Origin: Candidatus Aenigmatarchaeota archaeon
GTDB taxonomy: Archaea > Aenigmatarchaeota > Aenigmatarchaeia > QMZP01 > QMZT01
DNA length: 64,000 nucleotides
Reading direction: 5' to 3'
NCBI GenBank assembly: GCA_011772645.1
Contig: WVZE01000036.1
Location: forward strand, 48,726 to 112,725
How positions within the stretch are numbered: position 1 is the first letter of the stretch; every line of letters begins with the position of its first letter. The notes below the pieces were generated by a model. That model did no database searches, had not been told where the DNA came from, and saw nothing but the letters and a program-made list of their open reading frames with translations. The translations under genes were made by a program, and so were the position numbers. Shown piece by piece: positions 59,996 to 64,000 of this stretch.

Positions 59996-61567
59996 TTGAA
60001 GCGAAGCCGTAATTTTGGAAGGGTAATTCACATGAAGGGGTTTATGCACGTGGTTGAGGTTCTACTGGTTATCATGCTTGTCTTCCTGGTGTTTGTCCAG
60101 TTCTCATCGATACCGAGAATTTCGACTGAGTGGTCTGATGTGAAGATCAAGCTCGCGGGAAGCGACATGATCTCCTCCCTTGAACTCCAAGGGGTTGACT
60201 GGTTCAACGAGAGCGAGGTCAGGGACAAATTCAACAAAACCCTCCCTCTAAACATCATCTACAACCTGAGGTTGGAGAACATCATGAAGCCCAAAATAAC
60301 GGTGGGTTGCTTCTGTGACGAAGATGAATTTGATGAGCTTGTATCTATCCTCTCTCCCGGATGGTTCCTTATAAATGAGGAGAACGTTACCTTCGAGATG
60401 GTAAAGGTCGGGAACATCAGTGAGATATTCAATCTTGATTTTGATGTCTCATTTTTCCCCGAATACATCAACCTCGAATCGCAGGAAACGCCGCTGAGAA
60501 ATTTCCTGAGATACGACAAGGGTATAGTGGAGATGTTTGATTTCGAGAATACGGATTACATCCAGGAGAATCTGTTCGGTCTGAGGTTCAGCACGCTGAC
60601 ATCGAATTCGAACCCGATCCCCTTCTCCGGGGAGAGCAAGGCGGTGGACAACGAGGTTTACACCATAAAAAAATACTTCCACCACATCCCGATATTCCAG
60701 GAGAGTTTTGAAAACCTGGATCAGTGGAGGACGAACTCTGGGAACCCGGTGATAGTTGAATTCGGCGATGGAAACTCTGTTAAACTCCAGGGAACGGACT
60801 GCGGAACGACCAACACCTGGATCTATACGAATTACAACCAGTTCTATGAGGGGGAGATAGACCTGGACGTATACATAGAGGACGGGATTTTCTACCTGAA
60901 CTTCAGGCTGAACCCCGCGACCAGCGAATCCTATCTCGCCTCCTTCAGCACGAACTCCTCCATGGGGTACGATTCCTTCTACAGGCAAACGGGTTCTGGA
61001 ATTAACCCGATAGGCCAAAACACAAACCACCTGACCTCAGGAAATGAGTGGCACCACATGAAAATACGCGTGGACGGGAGCAGCTTTGAGCTGTACAACG
61101 ACGGGGAACTGGTCGCTGACGTTCCCTCGGACAACACCTACAACTCTCCCGGGTCCATAGGGATGTTCCATCAATGTGGGGAGGTTTACGCGGACAACGT
61201 GAGAACGACTTTCAAGAGAGACCACGGGTTCCAGGACTTCCTGAGTTCGAGTGAAAACGTCACGCAGCTTAACGATGATCAGGAAAAAATACTCTTGGTG
61301 CAGGACAGCGGTGTCTCCGCCTCTGCGATAAACTACCACGTACAGAATGGGAAGGGGAGAACAGCCTGGCTTTCGGGCGGGGGGGATACGGATACAGAGG
61401 AGCAAAAAATCCTGATAAAATCCCTGATCGTGTGGGCAGCAGGGGATACGCATGACGTTCTGAGAGGGGAAATCAGCAGGCCTGTTCTGATCCCCTTCTA
61501 CAAAACCTACAGCAAGGACATGCTGCAGGAGGTAAGGATCGTTCTCAGCATGGGTTACCTGTACTAA
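59996..61567 (+). CDS. hypothetical membrane-anchored protein with concanavalin/LamG-like lectin-fold domain
   Basis: N-terminal TM, then a central beta-rich region (…GNEWHHMKIRVDGSSFELYNDGELVADV…) resembling laminin-G/DUF1080 folds. This is a weak call. Confidence 0.35.
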   Translation: MKRSRNFGRVIHMKGFMHVVEVLLVIMLVFLVFVQFSSIPRISTEWSDVKIKLAGSDMISSLELQGVDWFNESEVRDKFNKTLPLNIIYNLRLENIMKPKITVGCFCDEDEFDELVSILSPGWFLINEENVTFEMVKVGNISEIFNLDFDVSFFPEYINLESQETPLRNFLRYDKGIVEMFDFENTDYIQENLFGLRFSTLTSNSNPIPFSGESKAVDNEVYTIKKYFHHIPIFQESFENLDQWRTNSGNPVIVEFGDGNSVKLQGTDCGTTNTWIYTNYNQFYEGEIDLDVYIEDGIFYLNFRLNPATSESYLASFSTNSSMGYDSFYRQTGSGINPIGQNTNHLTSGNEWHHMKIRVDGSSFELYNDGELVADVPSDNTYNSPGSIGMFHQCGEVYADNVRTTFKRDHGFQDFLSSSENVTQLNDDQEKILLVQDSGVSASAINYHVQNGKGRTAWLSGGGDTDTEEQKILIKSLIVWAAGDTHDVLRGEISRPVLIPFYKTYSKDMLQEVRIVLSMGYLY

Positions 61568-61602
61568 CCTTTTATTATAATCTTTTCTAAATTAATTTAA
61601 TT

Positions 61603-61893
61603 ATGAGAACGGAAAACGAGGAAGTGACCAGGGTCAGAACTCCCAGAGAAAACGAGATTCTAGGGATAGTTGAAGATATGCTCGGAGGGGGAAGGTTCCG
61701 GGTGAACTGCACTGATAAAAGGACCAGGATATGCAGGGTTTCCGGCAAGTTCAAGAGAAGGCAGTGGATAAGACCGGGGGATGTCGTGCTCGTAAAACCC
61801 TGGGAAGTCCAGGGCGATGAGAGGGGGGACGTGGTCTGGAAATACAGGAGAGCGCAGATAGATTGGCTGAAGAAAAAGGGATACCTAGAGTAA
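61603..61893 (+). CDS. eif1a: translation initiation factor 1A (aIF-1A)
   Basis: 96-aa ORF with an OB/S1-like core (...GGGRFRVNCTDKRTRICRVSGKFKRRQWIRPGDVVLV...). Confidence 0.85.
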   Translation: MRTENEEVTRVRTPRENEILGIVEDMLGGGRFRVNCTDKRTRICRVSGKFKRRQWIRPGDVVLVKPWEVQGDERGDVVWKYRRAQIDWLKKKGYLE

Positions 61894-61937
61894 TGTTTTT
61901 AAGTTTATGCCACCTTTATTATTAAGATTGAATTGGT

Positions 61938-62414
61938 ATGAATGATTTTATAAAAATCCCTGAACAGAGAAAGGGCGTGTTGATAGGGAAGGAAGGTTCT
62001 GTAAAGAAGGAACTGGAGAAGCTGACGAAAACGAAAATAGAGGTAAACGAGGATATCTCAATAGAGGGGGAATCGCTGAACGTTATCAAGGCGAAGGACA
62101 TAATAAAGGCGATCGGGAGGGGGTTTTCCCCTGAGAAGGCGTTTAAACTAATGAATGAGGAATGCCAACTGGTCGTCATAAGTTTGGGGAGCGAAACAGA
62201 GAAAACGATCAAGAGGTTGATGTCAAGGGTCATAGGAAGGAATGGTTTGTCCAAGAGGAGGATAGAGATGCGGACTGGAACGGACATATCGATCTACGGA
62301 AAAACCATCTCGATCATAGGCAACTGGAAGGACGTGGAGAAGGCGGAAAAGGCGGTGGAGATGATCCTGGAGGGGAGGCCGCATTCCTACGTCTATAAAT
62401 TCCTGGAGAGTTGA
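61938..62414 (+). CDS. KH-domain RNA-binding protein (Dim2/Pno1-like, two KH modules)
   Basis: Motifs IGKEGSVKKELEKLT and VIGRNGLSKRRIEMRTGTDISI. It sits immediately upstream of Topo VI-B. Confidence 0.7.
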   Translation: MNDFIKIPEQRKGVLIGKEGSVKKELEKLTKTKIEVNEDISIEGESLNVIKAKDIIKAIGRGFSPEKAFKLMNEECQLVVISLGSETEKTIKRLMSRVIGRNGLSKRRIEMRTGTDISIYGKTISIIGNWKDVEKAEKAVEMILEGRPHSYVYKFLES

Positions 62415-64000
62415 TATGGAGAGAAAGGCTGAGGATTTCGCGAGGCAGCAGAGGGAGATTTCGATATCCGAATTTTTCGAGAAAAACCGGCATCTTCTCG
62501 GGTATGACAACAAGGTGAAGGCGCTCCTGATGATCGTTAAAGAAGGGGTGGACAACGCCCTGGACGCGACAGAGGAGGCGGGGATACTTCCGGATATCTA
62601 CATCAGGGTAAAGGAAGTGAAGAATGAAAGATACGAAATAATTATAAAGGACAACGGGCCCGGGATCGTAAAAAAGCAGATCCCGAGAATTTTCGGAAAA
62701 CTGCTTTACGGCTCGAAGTTTCACCGCCTGAAACAGAACAGGGGGCAGCAGGGGATAGGGATTTCAGCCGCCACACTGTATACACAGTTAACGACAGGGG
62801 AACCCCTTGAAATCGTGAGCTCAACGGGTGACGGGAAAACCCACAAGTACAGGATAAAGATAAACGTCCGGAGGAATGAGCCCCTGATAATCGATAGCGG
62901 AATCGAGGAGGGGGTTGACTGGAGGGGTGTTCAGTTGAGGTTCCTTACAGAAGGCTTGTACAGGGAATACAAGCAATCGATTCTGGAGTACCTGAAACAG
63001 ACCGCGATCTCGAACCCGCACGCTAGAATAGTTTTTGATTCGCCCAACGGAAGGACGGAATTCAGGAGGGGGGTTGAATCCCTCCCGAAAGAACCGAAAG
63101 AGATCAGACCGCATCTCCACGGGGTTGAGCTTGGGATCTTAACAAGGATGCTCAGGGAGACAAAGGCGAGAACGCTCCTCAGTTTCCTGACAGGTGAATT
63201 CACCAAGGTCGGTAGGAAGACCGCGAAGGAGATATGCTCCAAGGCAGAGATGGAGGAAAACAAAAAGCCGAAGAGTGTAAAGGATGAGGACGCCCGAAAA
63301 CTTCTGGAGGTCATAAAGGACGTGAAGCTCCTGAAACCCCCGACCGATTGCCTGTCTCCCCTGGGGAACGAGGTGGTCAAGGAGGGCCTTCGAAAGGAGT
63401 TGAACCCCGAATGGGTGGAGTCCATCACGAGACCCCCGGAGGTGTACAGGGGGTGGCCTTTCCAGGTGGAATGCGGTCTGGCGTACGGGGGATCGATTCA
63501 GGAACCAAAATTCATGAGATTCGCGAACAGGGTTCCCCTCCTCTACCAGCAGGGGGACTGCGCGATAACGAAATCGGTCACCGGGATCGACTGGAGAAGG
63601 TATAAAATTAACGGGAAGAGAATTCCTGAGGAACCGCTGGCGATATTCGTTCATCTGGTTTCCGTGTGGGTCCCCTTCACATCCGAATCCAAGGAGGCGA
63701 TCGCTTCCTATCCCGTGATAATAAAGGAGATCAAGCTCGCGATCCAGGAGTGCGCCCGTAAGCTGGGGTTATACCTCTCAGGAAAGAGGAAGCACGAATA
63801 CCACCAGCATCGCATACGCACGTTCGAGAGGTATGCGGAGGAAACCATAAAGGCTTTATCCGAATTATCCGAAGAGGACAGGGAAAGGGTGAAAAGAGAG
63901 TTTCTCGAACTCATAAATTCGAATAACAATAAAATTACGGAGGAGGAGAATGGAGGAGCAAAAGAAGCTGAAAAACCTGGGGAAGAACGTGATGGACCAG
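62415..64000 (+). CDS. top6B: DNA topoisomerase VI subunit B (partial; runs off the window end)
   Basis: Bergerat/GHKL ATPase motifs (EGVDNALDA, DNGPGI, GSKF...GQQGIGISA), an H2TH region and a transducer. No stop before position 64000, so it is missing from the ORF track. Confidence 0.85.

Noticed and set aside
1-64000. CRISPR arrays, rRNA genes
   Set aside because: No regularly spaced short direct repeats and no rRNA-like conserved stretches were seen. The tandem repeats present are all in-frame coding repeats.

Overview
This is an archaeal chromosomal window with a conserved informational and housekeeping backbone at roughly 50-55% GC. The backbone carries S15, nadC-nadA, endonuclease III and an NreA-like protein, the RNAP E'/Spt4/S24e/S27ae cluster, L44e, S27e, aIF2-alpha, SRP54, HisRS, TrkH, aIF1A, a Dim2-like KH protein and a partial Topo VI-B. 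Several AT-rich islands of hypothetical, often secreted and cysteine-rich, proteins interrupt this backbone. There are two intron-containing tRNA genes: tRNA-Arg with two non-canonical introns, and tRNA-Trp with an anticodon-loop intron. They sit next to a type IV pilin-like gene trio and a HerA-like ATPase. A tyrosine-integrase cassette with about 60-bp direct repeats has inserted between L44e and S27e. The most striking locus runs from about 42.2 to 58.5 kb. It holds three tandem giant paralogous cysteine-rich surface proteins of 2581, 1293 and 1523 aa. All three carry signal peptides and a conserved C-terminal DFPGL/EFPGL-TM-K sorting-signal-like tail, and they share near-identical internal modules that look like recent gene conversion. 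There is also an AT-rich nucleotidyltransferase-domain gene whose start overlaps a frameshifted AbrB-like ORF, and an island carrying a double-LAGLIDADG/wHTH gene and a GuaA-like PP-loop gene. No CRISPR array or rRNA was seen.
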